Below, in pieces: positions 38,833 through 48,789 of a stretch of DNA of 64,000 bases (position 1 is its first letter; the number at the start of each line of letters is the position of its first letter). Below the pieces are notes generated by a model, which saw only the letters and a list, made by a program, of their open reading frames with translations, had not been told where the DNA came from and ran no database searches. Position numbers and translations under genes: made by a program. The stretch spans positions 3,992 through 67,991 of the forward strand of contig JBLMXG010000190.1 of the NCBI GenBank assembly GCA_050257635.1, written 5' to 3'. The DNA is from Chloroflexota bacterium (GTDB taxonomy: Bacteria; Desulfobacterota; Binatia; UBA9968).

Positions 38833-38880
38833 GTCGACTGGAACATAAATTGTTTTTGTAAACGGTTGATCTGACTCGTT

Positions 38881-40095
38881 ATGGACGCACCGGCGGAAAT
38901 TCACTGGAGCGGTTACTCGCTCGCCGAGCGCGACTGGCGCTGGCGGCGCGTGCGCGACAACGCGGCCCAGGCCGGCTTTGACGCGATCTTCGTGCCGCTT
39001 TGCGTCGACGGGCGCAACCTGCATCTCTCCCTGGAGCAGGCGCGCGGCACGCGTTCGGACTGCCGCTTTTTAACCCAGCTGGAAAATGGTGCGGTGATCT
39101 TGCCCGCCGACGGACGCGCGCCGATCGTCGTTTCGGATCAGGATTCGTCCAACGCTTGGGTGAAGGAACTTCGCCCGGTGGAGCGTTCCTGGGGCGAAAG
39201 CATGGCGCAAGCGCTGATCGATGCCGGCCTGGAGCGCGCCCGAATCGGCGTGTCGGGAATTCAACGGGGCTTTTATACTCATGGCCGCGCCTTTCACGGA
39301 GTGGTCAATCATAGCTCCTATGTGGAAGTGCTGCGCCGCTTGCCCCACGCCCGCTTAGAAAATGCCACGGAGGTGATTGGCCGTGCCCGTTACGTCAAGA
39401 GCGCGGAGCAAATCGCCTGTCTGCGCCGCGGTGCGGCGATCGCCGCGGCCGGGATCGACAAGATGGTGGAGCTGGCCCGTCCGGGTATGGATGAAGGTTT
39501 GCTTTATACCCGCGTCATGCAGCGCATGGTCGGGCTCGGCAGCGAATACTATCCGATGGCGTTTTACAGCGGGTTGCACGGCGGCGGCAGGCTGCCGCGC
39601 TTCGAAGATCCGGCCGAAGGACGGACACTGCAGCCGATGTACCGCATTGCCAACGAAGTCGACGCCGTCTTCGGCGGCCTGATCGCTCAGGAGCAGCAGC
39701 CGATTCTGCTGGGCGTAATACCCGACGCTTGGAAGCCGGCGATCGAGTTGCAGAGGGATATGTACTACGCCGCCTTGGAACATTTGACGCCGGGCCGACC
39801 GTTCGGCGAATTCATGGATCTCATCAACGGTTTCGGCGCGAAGCGCGGCATGAAGAGCCAGCTGCTCATGCACGGGCGCGGCTACGGCGACGACGGTCCG
39901 CTGTTCACGCCGCAAAATCGCGGCGCGCGCAACCGCGAGTTGCTGATCGAAAAAGATTGCGTCTTCATCGTTAAACCGATCGCCCACAGCGCGGACGGGA
40001 CATTCGACACCAGTTGGGGCGGCTGCGTCCTGGTGACTGAAAAGGGCGGCGAGCCGCTGGTGAAACGCGCGCCGGGAATGGTGGAAGTCACATAA
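38881..40095 (+). CDS. M24 (creatinase/Xaa-Pro peptidase) fold family protein, paralog 1
   Basis: 404 aa. Creatinase_N-like N-terminus plus pita-bread C-terminus (...LLMHGRGYGDDGP...FIVKPIA...GGCVLVTEKGGEPL). Confidence 0.8.
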   Translation: MDAPAEIHWSGYSLAERDWRWRRVRDNAAQAGFDAIFVPLCVDGRNLHLSLEQARGTRSDCRFLTQLENGAVILPADGRAPIVVSDQDSSNAWVKELRPVERSWGESMAQALIDAGLERARIGVSGIQRGFYTHGRAFHGVVNHSSYVEVLRRLPHARLENATEVIGRARYVKSAEQIACLRRGAAIAAAGIDKMVELARPGMDEGLLYTRVMQRMVGLGSEYYPMAFYSGLHGGGRLPRFEDPAEGRTLQPMYRIANEVDAVFGGLIAQEQQPILLGVIPDAWKPAIELQRDMYYAALEHLTPGRPFGEFMDLINGFGAKRGMKSQLLMHGRGYGDDGPLFTPQNRGARNRELLIEKDCVFIVKPIAHSADGTFDTSWGGCVLVTEKGGEPLVKRAPGMVEVT

Positions 40096-40177
40096 TTGTC
40101 GGTTGTCGGTACTCAGTCCAGTTCTATTGATCTGGCAACCGAGAACCGGTCACCGGCAACTTTTAGAGGAATCAAGC

Positions 40178-41380
40178 ATGCCTTGGACAACGCCGCCGGG
40201 CGCGGGAGCAACGGTTCATATCTGGAACGGCTATTCACTGACGGAACGCGACCGGCGCTGGCAGACGGTGCGCGCCCATGCGGCTCGGGACGGCTTCGAC
40301 TGTATTTTGGTGCCGCTCGGCAACGGCATCGACGGCCGCTACATGACCCAACTGCGCTGCTCGGCGATGGTGCTGCCGACCGATGGACGTGCGCCGATCG
40401 TGATAGCCGATCGGCGTTCGAGCAACGCCTGGGTGCTCGAGCCCTGGCAAACCGGCCGCGAGTGGGCCGAACCCATGGCTGAAGCGTTGCTCGATCTCGG
40501 CATGGCGCGGGCGCGAATCGGCGTCGCCGGCATGAAAGGCGGCGCGGTGACGCACTGCAGTTCGATTGACGGCGTGGTCAATCATTCCGCGCTCGCCCGG
40601 GTGATGAGCAGACTGCCCGATGCGACTTTTGAAGACGCCACCGACACGGTCGGTTTCGCGCGCTACGTCAAAGGCGCGGAGGAGATCACCTTTGTACGAC
40701 GCTCGACCGAAGTCGCCGCCGCCGGTCTCGACGAATTGATTACGCTGGCGCGTCCGGGCGGCGATGCGGCAACCCTCTATGCCGATGTGCTGGCGCGCTT
40801 GCTCGAACTCCGCAGCGAATATTTCCCGCTGGCTTTCACGATCGATCCGCTCGGCGTGGAGAAACCAAAACGGTACAGCAATCCGCCGCTCGGGCGGCGG
40901 CTCGAATCCAACGCGCTGATCACCAACGAAGTGAATGCCATCCTCGGCGCCGAGCTCACCCAGGTCTGCCAACCTATTTTGCTCGGTAAAATTCCCGACT
41001 CGTGGAAGCCGGTGATCGAACTGCACAGGGAGATTTACAAAGAGGGCTTGGCGATGATCAAGCCGGGAACCCGCTTCGGTGCGCTGAGCGAATTTGTCAG
41101 CGGGTTGGGCGCCAAGCGCGGCATGAAAACCGTCGCGCGGCTGCAAGGCTGCGGTTACGGCGACGACGGTCCACTGCTGCCGGCGCAGGCCGGACGGCTC
41201 GGCGATCTGCGCATCGAAGAAGGCAACGCCTTTGTCTGGAAGCCGGCGGTGCAATCGGCCGACGGCAAAATCGAATTCAGTTTCGGCGGCCCGGTACTGG
41301 TGAACGAACGAGGCTGCGAAAATTTATTTCAGCACACCCACGGAATGGTAGCGATCACCGGAACGGCGGAGCCGGCGTAA
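40178..41380 (+). CDS. M24 fold family protein, paralog 2 (tandem duplicate)
   Basis: Start ATG 40178 (AGAGGA SD). Colinear with paralog 1 (IWNGYSLTERDRRWQTV versus HWSGYSLAERDWRWRRV; LQGCGYGDDGP; VWKPAV). Confidence 0.8.
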   Translation: MPWTTPPGAGATVHIWNGYSLTERDRRWQTVRAHAARDGFDCILVPLGNGIDGRYMTQLRCSAMVLPTDGRAPIVIADRRSSNAWVLEPWQTGREWAEPMAEALLDLGMARARIGVAGMKGGAVTHCSSIDGVVNHSALARVMSRLPDATFEDATDTVGFARYVKGAEEITFVRRSTEVAAAGLDELITLARPGGDAATLYADVLARLLELRSEYFPLAFTIDPLGVEKPKRYSNPPLGRRLESNALITNEVNAILGAELTQVCQPILLGKIPDSWKPVIELHREIYKEGLAMIKPGTRFGALSEFVSGLGAKRGMKTVARLQGCGYGDDGPLLPAQAGRLGDLRIEEGNAFVWKPAVQSADGKIEFSFGGPVLVNERGCENLFQHTHGMVAITGTAEPA

Positions 41381-41428
41381 CGGCTTTTCATCTCGATCCT
41401 TGGCGTGCGGTTCGGTGAAGATTTCTCC

Positions 41429-41968
41429 TTAGAATGTTTTGATTCCCTCGGGCGGTTTGACATCGAACATTCGGATCACCGTGCCGATAGTGATGTAGTG
41501 ACCGAGAAGGCCGACCGCTTCGACAAATTTTGCCCGCCCGAATTCCTGCTCCATGCGGGCGAACAGATCGTCAGATAAGGTGTGGTCGTGCATCAGCGTG
41601 CGGGTAAACTCGACGAGCAGCCGCACTCTGGCGGCAAATTTTTCAGAGGGAGCTTTGGCGCGCAGGGCTTCGATGACCTCCGATTGGATACCGACCTTAT
41701 GGGCACGGACCTCATGGCGCGACCAGGCGTAGCGCGCCTCGACTTCGCGCGCTGCGGTCAAGATGATGATCTCGCGATCAGCATCGGAAAGCAGGGAATT
41801 GTTGCGAAAGTAGTCCTCGGTGGCGGCGAAGTGTTGTGCCATCACCGGTGAATGGAGCAACATCGAATAAGGACCGCCTCCGCCGCTGCGCGCGGCGTTG
41901 ATGTGATCCCAAATCTGCTGATGCTCGAGCGATAAATCCTCGCGTCTGGCGCGCGGCATTCGGCTCAT
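41429..41968 (-). CDS. Carboxymuconolactone decarboxylase family protein
   Basis: 179 aa: ...REIIILTAAREVEARYAWSRHEVRAHKVG.... The ATG overlaps the upstream stop (ATGA). Confidence 0.8.
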   Translation of the reverse strand: MSRMPRARREDLSLEHQQIWDHINAARSGGGGPYSMLLHSPVMAQHFAATEDYFRNNSLLSDADREIIILTAAREVEARYAWSRHEVRAHKVGIQSEVIEALRAKAPSEKFAARVRLLVEFTRTLMHDHTLSDDLFARMEQEFGRAKFVEAVGLLGHYITIGTVIRMFDVKPPEGIKTF

Positions 41969-42906
41969 AAATCCTCCTCAGCCCGCTTCATCGACAGGCC
42001 CATCAGCTTCAGCGCGGCGCGGCCGGCGATGCCGTAGGGATTGCCGAGGGTCTCCTGCATCTCGAAATGGTTGAAGCCTTCGCCGACGATCAGCTCGACC
42101 GGTTTGCCCGCGGCTTGGACGGCCGCGGCGAACTCGCGGTTCTGGCGCTGAAACTCCGGCGTCTCTTGTGTGCCGTAGGCGACGATGATCGGCGCATTCA
42201 ATTGATCGAGGTGGCGCTGGGAGCTGAGCGCCTGCTCGATCTCATCGGTGAATCGGACATATTCGCTGCGTTTGGAGAGCCGGACCGGCGTCAAATCGTA
42301 CATGCCGCTGATCAAAAGCCCGCCCTTGAGCAAGTTCGCCGGTAGTCCGAATTCTTTCTGCCAATCGGTGACCAAGGCGACGCCGGTCAAATGGGCGCCG
42401 GAGGAATGGCCGGAGATATAGATGCGCTCGGGATCGCCGTCGAAGCTCGCGGCGTTTTGATACACCCAGGCGACGGCTCGGCGCACCTGATCGGCCATCG
42501 GCATCAAGCTGCCGCCGGCATCTTTCACCTGCACAAAGTCCGGCACGACAAAGTGCGCGCCGGCGTCGAGAATCATTTCCGCGGGGAAGGCGAATTCCTT
42601 GGCGAGGCCGTTACGCCAAGCGCCGCCGTGAATAAAAATGAGAATCGGCGCATGGGATCGATGCGCCTTGTAAATGTCGAGCTTTTCGATTTCCGTCGGG
42701 CCGTAAGCGACGCGTTGAGGCGGGCCGAGGCGTCTCACTGTCGCTTCGCTGGCGAGCCGACGCCGGTTGCCGACCAGTTGTTGGTTGGGCGCATAGACGC
42801 TTTGATCGTAAGCATCGTCGAGCTCTTGCTGATCCATGTCGAGCCAGACAAGCGGACCTTTGATTCGGTTTTGCGCCGCGGACTTTGCAGGACTGCTGGT
42901 TGCCAT
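41965..42906 (-). CDS. Alpha/beta hydrolase (esterase/arylformamidase-like)
   Basis: IFIHGGAW oxyanion motif and GHSSGAH nucleophile elbow. Confidence 0.85.
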   Translation of the reverse strand: MATSSPAKSAAQNRIKGPLVWLDMDQQELDDAYDQSVYAPNQQLVGNRRRLASEATVRRLGPPQRVAYGPTEIEKLDIYKAHRSHAPILIFIHGGAWRNGLAKEFAFPAEMILDAGAHFVVPDFVQVKDAGGSLMPMADQVRRAVAWVYQNAASFDGDPERIYISGHSSGAHLTGVALVTDWQKEFGLPANLLKGGLLISGMYDLTPVRLSKRSEYVRFTDEIEQALSSQRHLDQLNAPIIVAYGTQETPEFQRQNREFAAAVQAAGKPVELIVGEGFNHFEMQETLGNPYGIAGRAALKLMGLSMKRAEEDL

Positions 42907-42935
42907 CGGGACTCCCGTTGAATTTAAATTTTATT

Positions 42936-42971
42936 GTTCAAGCCGTTCAAAGAGTTCAAACCTTGCAAGTT
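42936..42971. repeat. Tandem nonamer repeat GTTCAAnnn (gttcaagcc gttcaaaga gttcaaacc, then degenerate ttgcaagtt)
   Basis: Read directly, 30-65 nt upstream of the 41965..42906 gene start. The first unit is identical to a unit of the 20411 array. Confidence 0.65.
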
Positions 42972-43002
42972 TAACGCCTGTCGCCCTTAGCGTAATGCCG
43001 CT

Positions 43003-44067
43003 TCAATCGATGCCGTAGAAGCGCTTGGCGTTTTGACCCAGGATCGCTTGTTTATCGCCTTGGGTGAGGTCCTCGCGCCGGAGCACATGGTCGATTTCGA
43101 CGCGGCAGGATTTTGCGTCGAAACTTTCGTGCGGGAAATCCGTGGCGAAGAGCAAGGATTCGTTGCCTGCTTCTTTGACGGCATATCCGAGACCGTGGTC
43201 GTCGCCGTCGAAGCCGACGAAGATCCTGCCCGCTTTCATGTGGCGCCGGAAATATTCGCTGGCCGCGACGTTGGGGTGCGAGCTTGGCAAAAATTCGCCG
43301 TTGATGTCGACCTGCAGATGGTGCGGATAAGATCGATCCAGACGGTCCATGAAGAACGGCACCCAGGTGGCGCCGCCTTCGAGAAAGCCGACGCGCAATC
43401 TGGGAAAACGGTCGAAAACGCCGTAAGAAAGCATCGCGGCGGCTTGCGCCATGATGCTGAAGGGGTGGCCGAGCGCGTGGACCGGATAGTAAACGCCGAT
43501 GCTGTCCATGCCGAGATGGTGCAGCGCGCCGACATGAACGGCCAGCGGCACGTTGAGTTTTTCAGCCTCCGCGTAAATCGGCCAGTAGATCTTCGAGCCG
43601 AAATGGCCTTTGATGCCTTCGCCATTGGAAGGCAGCATGGCGCCGGCCATGCCGAGCTCTTTCACCGCGCGGTCGAGCTCCGCCGCGGCCGCCTCGGCGT
43701 CCTGGATCGGTATCAGCGCCATGCCTTTGATGCGCGGGCTGACCTTGGTGAATTTCTCATACAGCCAATTATTGTAGGCACGGCAGGCGGCGATGGCCCA
43801 ATCCTCGGAAATGATTCTACCCACGGCCAGACCTGCGGTTGGATACACCACCGTCCAGTCGATCCCCGTTTCGTCCAAAAATTCCACCCACTCTTTGGGT
43901 CCGACATTACCTGTGCGCGAGCGTTTCTCGCCGCCTTCTAAAAAATGGAAATGAATGTGATCGAAAGCAGGGAAGACCTCGGTGCGGTTTCCCGGCGGCA
44001 TAAATCTCGAGATTTCGCCCATGCAAGGGCGGTCGTTGACGTGGCCGTCGGCATCGATGATCTGCAT
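43003..44067 (-). CDS. Amidohydrolase_2 family protein
   Basis: Start ATG 44067 (AAGGAAG SD): MQIIDADGHVND...ATDFPHES. Confidence 0.85.
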   Translation of the reverse strand: MQIIDADGHVNDRPCMGEISRFMPPGNRTEVFPAFDHIHFHFLEGGEKRSRTGNVGPKEWVEFLDETGIDWTVVYPTAGLAVGRIISEDWAIAACRAYNNWLYEKFTKVSPRIKGMALIPIQDAEAAAAELDRAVKELGMAGAMLPSNGEGIKGHFGSKIYWPIYAEAEKLNVPLAVHVGALHHLGMDSIGVYYPVHALGHPFSIMAQAAAMLSYGVFDRFPRLRVGFLEGGATWVPFFMDRLDRSYPHHLQVDINGEFLPSSHPNVAASEYFRRHMKAGRIFVGFDGDDHGLGYAVKEAGNESLLFATDFPHESFDAKSCRVEIDHVLRREDLTQGDKQAILGQNAKRFYGID

Positions 44068-44258
44068 GCGGTAACTTCCTTTCACGATCGACTGAGACGG
44101 CTATAACAAGGGCGCTTCGCGGCTGTCAATGCTCCGATCGATCTTTCGCCATGAGCGAAAAAATGCGTGGTTTCGGGATCTGATTTGTGAGACGGGATTG
44201 ACAGGTAGAACCGAAAGCACGGTGAATGTCGCGCACACGGCGCTTCTGGCAAATCTTA

Positions 44259-44537
44259 CTACCAACGAAAGAGGACTATCGGATTCATCACTTTTAGCTG
44301 CCGCTCCTTGGCGGCGTCCTCTTTGCGCGCCCGTTCTTCCGGCGTCGCGTCTTTTTGCGCCGCCGCAGCCAGTTCCTCGATGTAATTATCGAAGTCTTGC
44401 TGTGCCTGAGCAGGAACCCGCTCTAGCTCGATGTCCAAACGGCGCTCTTCGCGCGCAAAATGTTTCAACTCAAATGCTGAAATCGGGATAGCCTTAAGGA
44501 TAAAAACCAGCGTAAATATGAAGACGCCATATTTCAT
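44259..44537 (-). CDS. Small hypothetical secreted protein
   Basis: Start ATG 44537 after GGAGGG. Signal-like MKYGVFIFTLVFILKAIPISA, then a charged helix. Confidence 0.5.
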   Translation of the reverse strand: MKYGVFIFTLVFILKAIPISAFELKHFAREERRLDIELERVPAQAQQDFDNYIEELAAAAQKDATPEERARKEDAAKERQLKVMNPIVLFRW

Positions 44538-44731
44538 GGTTTTTCCCTCCTGCGGATTAAAAACGCAAAGCGCAGGCCAGCCGGAAGTCGCCGGATTTAC
44601 GAGCTTTAGGAGATTGTGGACGGGCGGGAGGAAGAGAAATTCCTCCACAAAGAGCCGGTAATTTTTACGCGCCGGGAGATTTTGCGATTTCTATCGTAGT
44701 GCAGATTAACACGATTGCGCGGCGTAAATAT

Positions 44732-46171
44732 TTATCTGAGGCCAAAGAATGCGCGGCCGAACTTGCCGAGGACTTTCTTCCTCAGCTCGGGACCAGTCTC
44801 CGCGACTTCGGGAAACTTAGCCAGCCACTCGTACGGCCGGCAAGCGTCGATCACGGCGCGCGAGTTCAAGAATATTTTCGAATCGGGATGGATCATCGGA
44901 TCGAGCGAGCTCGACCAGCAGCGGCGTTGCACGTCGATGTCATCGGCCGGGTCGCATCGCGTCGACAACGCCCAGACCACGTCGTCGATACGCGTCGGAT
45001 CGATGTCGTCGTCGACGACGATAGTGAAACGATTCTGATAGCCGCCGGAGAAACACTGCGAAGCGATCAAACCGGCTTGTTTTGCATGGCCGGGATAGCG
45101 CTGTTTGATGGCGACCACGGTGAATTGCCGCGGCCCCGGCTCGTGCGACCAGACGCCCCGAATGTCCGGCACGCCCGCTTTTTCGATCTCTTCCCAAACA
45201 TGCGCCGAGCGCGTAATCGCGCGCAGCAGCGTCAGCGTGTGCGGCGGACGCGCCGGGTTGGCGCAGGAGAGAATCGGCTCGTTGCGGTGCAGAATACGTT
45301 TGACGCGGATAAAAGGCTCGGGGCTTTTCGGACTTGCATAATAGCCGGGCCATTCACCGAACGGTCCTTCGTCGCGTAATTCGCCGGGACGGATCTCGCC
45401 TTCCAACACGATCTCGGCATCGGCGGGATAGGGCAGGCCGGTGATGTCGCTGCGGACGACTTGGGTCGGTGCGCCGCGCAGGCCGCCGGCAAAATCGAAC
45501 TCGCTGATGCCCTCCGGCACCGGACAAGACGCCGCAAACCAATCTAGCGGATCGCTTCCGAGGACGACGTTGACCGGCATCGCCTCGCCTTTTTCGAAAT
45601 ACTTTTGTTTGTGGATATAGGCGTGCTTGCCGGGACCGATGTAGATGCCGGCGCTGATTCGGTCCAGCAACATGATTCGATAGGTGCCGGCGTTGATCCA
45701 GTTCGAATCGGGATCTTTGGTAATCACCAGATGGCCGGTGCCGATATAGCGGCCGCCGTCTTTTTCGTGAAGCAGCGGCGCGGGAAAATCGAAGAGATTG
45801 ACGCGGGCGCCTTCCTGGACGTTCTCGTGTACCGGTCCGCTGGTGACTTCTACCCTCGGGATCGGCGCGCAGCGTTTAATTTTGTCGTGATAGATTCGGG
45901 TGAACTCGAGCACGTGATCGAAGTCGTCTTCAACGCCGAGGGTGAGGGCGATGCGCTGCGGTGAGGCGAAATGGCCGAAAAGCGCGCGATAGCCGGGCTT
46001 GTGATTTTTGATCTTGTCAAAGATCAACGCCGGCGGATAGGGCGGATGCTCGCGGTAGAGCACGTCGACGATGGCGCCCATTTCGAGATTCCAATCCACG
46101 TGTTCGAGCGTTCGCAGCTCGCCACGTCGGTCGATCTTCTCAAGCCAATCGCGCAGGCCATGGTAATTCAT
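44732..46171 (-). CDS. UbiD family (prFMN-dependent) decarboxylase
   Basis: 479 aa, colinear with UbiD (...LRDWLEKIDRRGELR...NAGTYRIM...). Confidence 0.9.
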   Translation of the reverse strand: MNYHGLRDWLEKIDRRGELRTLEHVDWNLEMGAIVDVLYREHPPYPPALIFDKIKNHKPGYRALFGHFASPQRIALTLGVEDDFDHVLEFTRIYHDKIKRCAPIPRVEVTSGPVHENVQEGARVNLFDFPAPLLHEKDGGRYIGTGHLVITKDPDSNWINAGTYRIMLLDRISAGIYIGPGKHAYIHKQKYFEKGEAMPVNVVLGSDPLDWFAASCPVPEGISEFDFAGGLRGAPTQVVRSDITGLPYPADAEIVLEGEIRPGELRDEGPFGEWPGYYASPKSPEPFIRVKRILHRNEPILSCANPARPPHTLTLLRAITRSAHVWEEIEKAGVPDIRGVWSHEPGPRQFTVVAIKQRYPGHAKQAGLIASQCFSGGYQNRFTIVVDDDIDPTRIDDVVWALSTRCDPADDIDVQRRCWSSSLDPMIHPDSKIFLNSRAVIDACRPYEWLAKFPEVAETGPELRKKVLGKFGRAFFGLR

Positions 46172-46223
46172 GCTTCGATCCTTAAGGCTCGTTCAGCGCA
46201 AAGACAAACATGGCAGAGTAGCA

Positions 46224-46245
46224 GCGGGTTTGAAATCCGCCCTAC
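46224..46245 (-). repeat. REP-like element GTAGGGCGGATTTCAAACCCGC (minus strand)
   Basis: 21/22 identical to 13133-13154. Its GTAG head overlaps the TAG stop (46244-46242) of the upstream gene. Confidence 0.5.
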
Positions 46246-47717
46246 CGGAGGTCTTTATTCGTTGACTTTCCAAGGGTAAGGGACAAGCCGTTACGTTTTA
46301 TGAAAATCCGGTTGCAATCCGTTTTTTTGCTGAGCTCTTCGATCAGTTGGAGGAGCGATCGTTTGCCGTCAAGTTGAGGTTTGGGTGCGCTGGTGACGGA
46401 GAGAGCGTCGACCGCCTCGGGGCCGGCGTAGATGCGCAGCAACAACTCTTCGTCGGAAATCGTCGCGCCGTATTTTTGCTGGACTTCGCGCAAGCTCAAG
46501 TCCGGCGCCGTCCAGTTCTCCCAGTCTTTGGCCCGGCTTCGGCTCAGGATCTTATCTTTGATATCCGGCGCCATTATTTCCGGCGCCTCTTTGCCCCAAA
46601 TGCCCAGCGCGTATTGAATCACTTGATCGGTGACTTCTTTGTAGCGCTCGCCGACGATGACGTTGATCGCCGCCTGGCTCACGACGAATTGCGACAGCGG
46701 CGTGACCATGATCGGATAGCCGAAATCGGCGCGTACGCGCGCGGCTTCTTCGAGCGTTTCCGCCAGTCGATTTTCTTTGCCGATCAGGCGCAGCTGATGG
46801 CGAAGATTGGAAATCACGCCGCCGGGAACTTGATGCAGATACTGCGCCTCGTCGTACGCGAAGGGTTTACCGATGGCGAGACCCTGCGCCATGGCGACGG
46901 CAGTAAAATGCTCTTCCACGGGTTTGATCGCATCTTCGTTGATGATTGGCGTATGGCCAAGGGCACGGAGGTTTCTCGCGACATTCATGATCGACGGTTG
47001 GGAAGAGCCGTTGGCGAGAGGCGGTACTGCGGTGTGTAACGCGGTGATGCCGAGCTTTACCGCCTCGATATAACAGAGTGTCGCCAAACCGTTGTTACAG
47101 TGAGCATGGTACTCGACCGGCGAATCGCCGGCATTTTGCAAGATCGCCGGGAGCAAGGTTCTAGCCCGCACCGGAGTGAGCAGGCCGCCCACGTCTTTGA
47201 AGCAGATACGATAGGGCCGGATGGCCGCCGCTTCGCGAGCTTTCCGCGCATAGTATTCATCGGTGTGGCGCGGCGAGACGGTGTAAATCAGGTTGACGAT
47301 CGTATCCATGCCCAAGTCGCGCAGATCGCGCAACTCGTCGCGCATTGCCGCAAAATCGTTCCAGCAGTTGGAGGTGCGCGTCAGTGTGATGCCATAAGAG
47401 ACGACACGCTCGGCGAGTAGCTTCATGGCAGCCTGGGGCAGCTTCTCCATGGCGCCGGAGCCGTGCAAGCCGCCGTGGTTACGTAGGCGCGTGCGGTGAA
47501 ATCGCTTGACGCCCTCGCGCAGCCAGAGCCAGGGGTTTTCCTTATGCTCGCGGACGTACTTTTTAATCATGATCGAAACAAAAAATTCCATCGACTCGAA
47601 GCCGATGCGGTCCATTTGCGCCGCGATCGGGAGCATCGCAGCCGTTTTCATGCCCAGCGCCCAGAGACTTTGTTGGCCGTCACGCAGGGTGGTATCGACG
47701 AAGGAAATTTCGCTCAT
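46242..47717 (-). CDS. Carboxyltransferase (pyruvate carboxylase subunit B / oxaloacetate decarboxylase alpha-like, HMGL-like domain) without a recognisable biotinyl domain
   Basis: MSEISFVDTTLRDGQQSLWA.... 491 aa. No MKM biotinylation motif seen at the C-terminus. Confidence 0.8.
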   Translation of the reverse strand: MSEISFVDTTLRDGQQSLWALGMKTAAMLPIAAQMDRIGFESMEFFVSIMIKKYVREHKENPWLWLREGVKRFHRTRLRNHGGLHGSGAMEKLPQAAMKLLAERVVSYGITLTRTSNCWNDFAAMRDELRDLRDLGMDTIVNLIYTVSPRHTDEYYARKAREAAAIRPYRICFKDVGGLLTPVRARTLLPAILQNAGDSPVEYHAHCNNGLATLCYIEAVKLGITALHTAVPPLANGSSQPSIMNVARNLRALGHTPIINEDAIKPVEEHFTAVAMAQGLAIGKPFAYDEAQYLHQVPGGVISNLRHQLRLIGKENRLAETLEEAARVRADFGYPIMVTPLSQFVVSQAAINVIVGERYKEVTDQVIQYALGIWGKEAPEIMAPDIKDKILSRSRAKDWENWTAPDLSLREVQQKYGATISDEELLLRIYAGPEAVDALSVTSAPKPQLDGKRSLLQLIEELSKKTDCNRIFIKRNGLSLTLGKSTNKDLR

Positions 47718-47811
47718 AGCGGAGAAATTGGGGTCATAGAGTAATGGAGTGTTGGAGTGATGTTGATCCGAAACCCAGCACTCCGATATTCCACCCCTCC
47801 AATACCCGGAG

Positions 47812-48789
47812 TCATTTCCTCGTCCCCGCTCTGGTTTGCAACAACTCTTTCAGAATCGAGTAGTCGGCGAGTTTGCTGCGGTCAATCGTCGCGGCCCGTT
47901 TATCGATGTAGGTCATCATCTTAAGCAAGTTGTCGACCGCGGTGTCGGGTGGCAGGAGATCGACGGTGGCGCGGTGGCGCATCTGCTCGTAAGCGTAATC
48001 GAGGGTTCCTCGATCGTCGGCCGGGATGATGCGCTTGAGAACTTCCACCGAGCCTTCTTTGTTCGTCACCATATAATGAGTCGCGTCCAGGTACGCGTTG
48101 ACGAAGCGCACCCACTTGCCGCGGTTGGCCTTGAGCGACGCCACTGTGACCGTGATCGGGCCGTTCATGAACGGGGTTTTTCGACCCGGGATCAAGTGGA
48201 ATCCCATCTGTTTCATCTTCGGCTCGAAGGCGAAGTCGACGGGGGCGGCGTCGATGCCGCCGCGAATCAGCGCGGCCAATCTTTCCTGCGAACCGCCGAG
48301 CTGGAGCAGGGTCACGTCCTTCGAGGCGTTGAGGCCGGCGTCTTCGAGCATGACGCGGAGAATCAACGACGATTTTCCGCCGAGCCGGTTGATGCCGACT
48401 TTTTTGCCGCGCAACTGCGACAGATCGTCGATCTTGTCACGGCTGATCATGGTGTAAGAAACGAGATTGTCCCAGCTGCCGAGAGAGACCACCGGCACTC
48501 CCTGGATGTTCGATTGCACCAGGCCGGTCGGCGCGCCCGAGGTGGCATCGATATCGCCTGAGATCAGCGCCTGATAGGTTGTCGGCTCGCTGTTGATCCG
48601 AATGATCTCGGCCTTGAGACCGTTCTTCTCAAAGAAGCCTTTCTCCAGCGCGATAAATACCGGGTAGGAAACTGTGGGAAACAACGGCACGCCGACACGC
48701 ACCCGGTCTTGTCCGAAAACGCTGGCAGGCAGAAAGATCCACAGCAATAAAACAATTGTGAACGGGGCGAGGAATTCAAGTCGTTTCAT
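47812..48789 (-). CDS. ABC transporter substrate-binding protein (NMT1/THI5-like, nitrate/sulfonate/bicarbonate type)
   Basis: Start ATG 48789 (GGAGG SD). Signal peptide MKRLEFLAPFTIVLLLWIFLPASVFG. Confidence 0.85.
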   Translation of the reverse strand: MKRLEFLAPFTIVLLLWIFLPASVFGQDRVRVGVPLFPTVSYPVFIALEKGFFEKNGLKAEIIRINSEPTTYQALISGDIDATSGAPTGLVQSNIQGVPVVSLGSWDNLVSYTMISRDKIDDLSQLRGKKVGINRLGGKSSLILRVMLEDAGLNASKDVTLLQLGGSQERLAALIRGGIDAAPVDFAFEPKMKQMGFHLIPGRKTPFMNGPITVTVASLKANRGKWVRFVNAYLDATHYMVTNKEGSVEVLKRIIPADDRGTLDYAYEQMRHRATVDLLPPDTAVDNLLKMMTYIDKRAATIDRSKLADYSILKELLQTRAGTRK

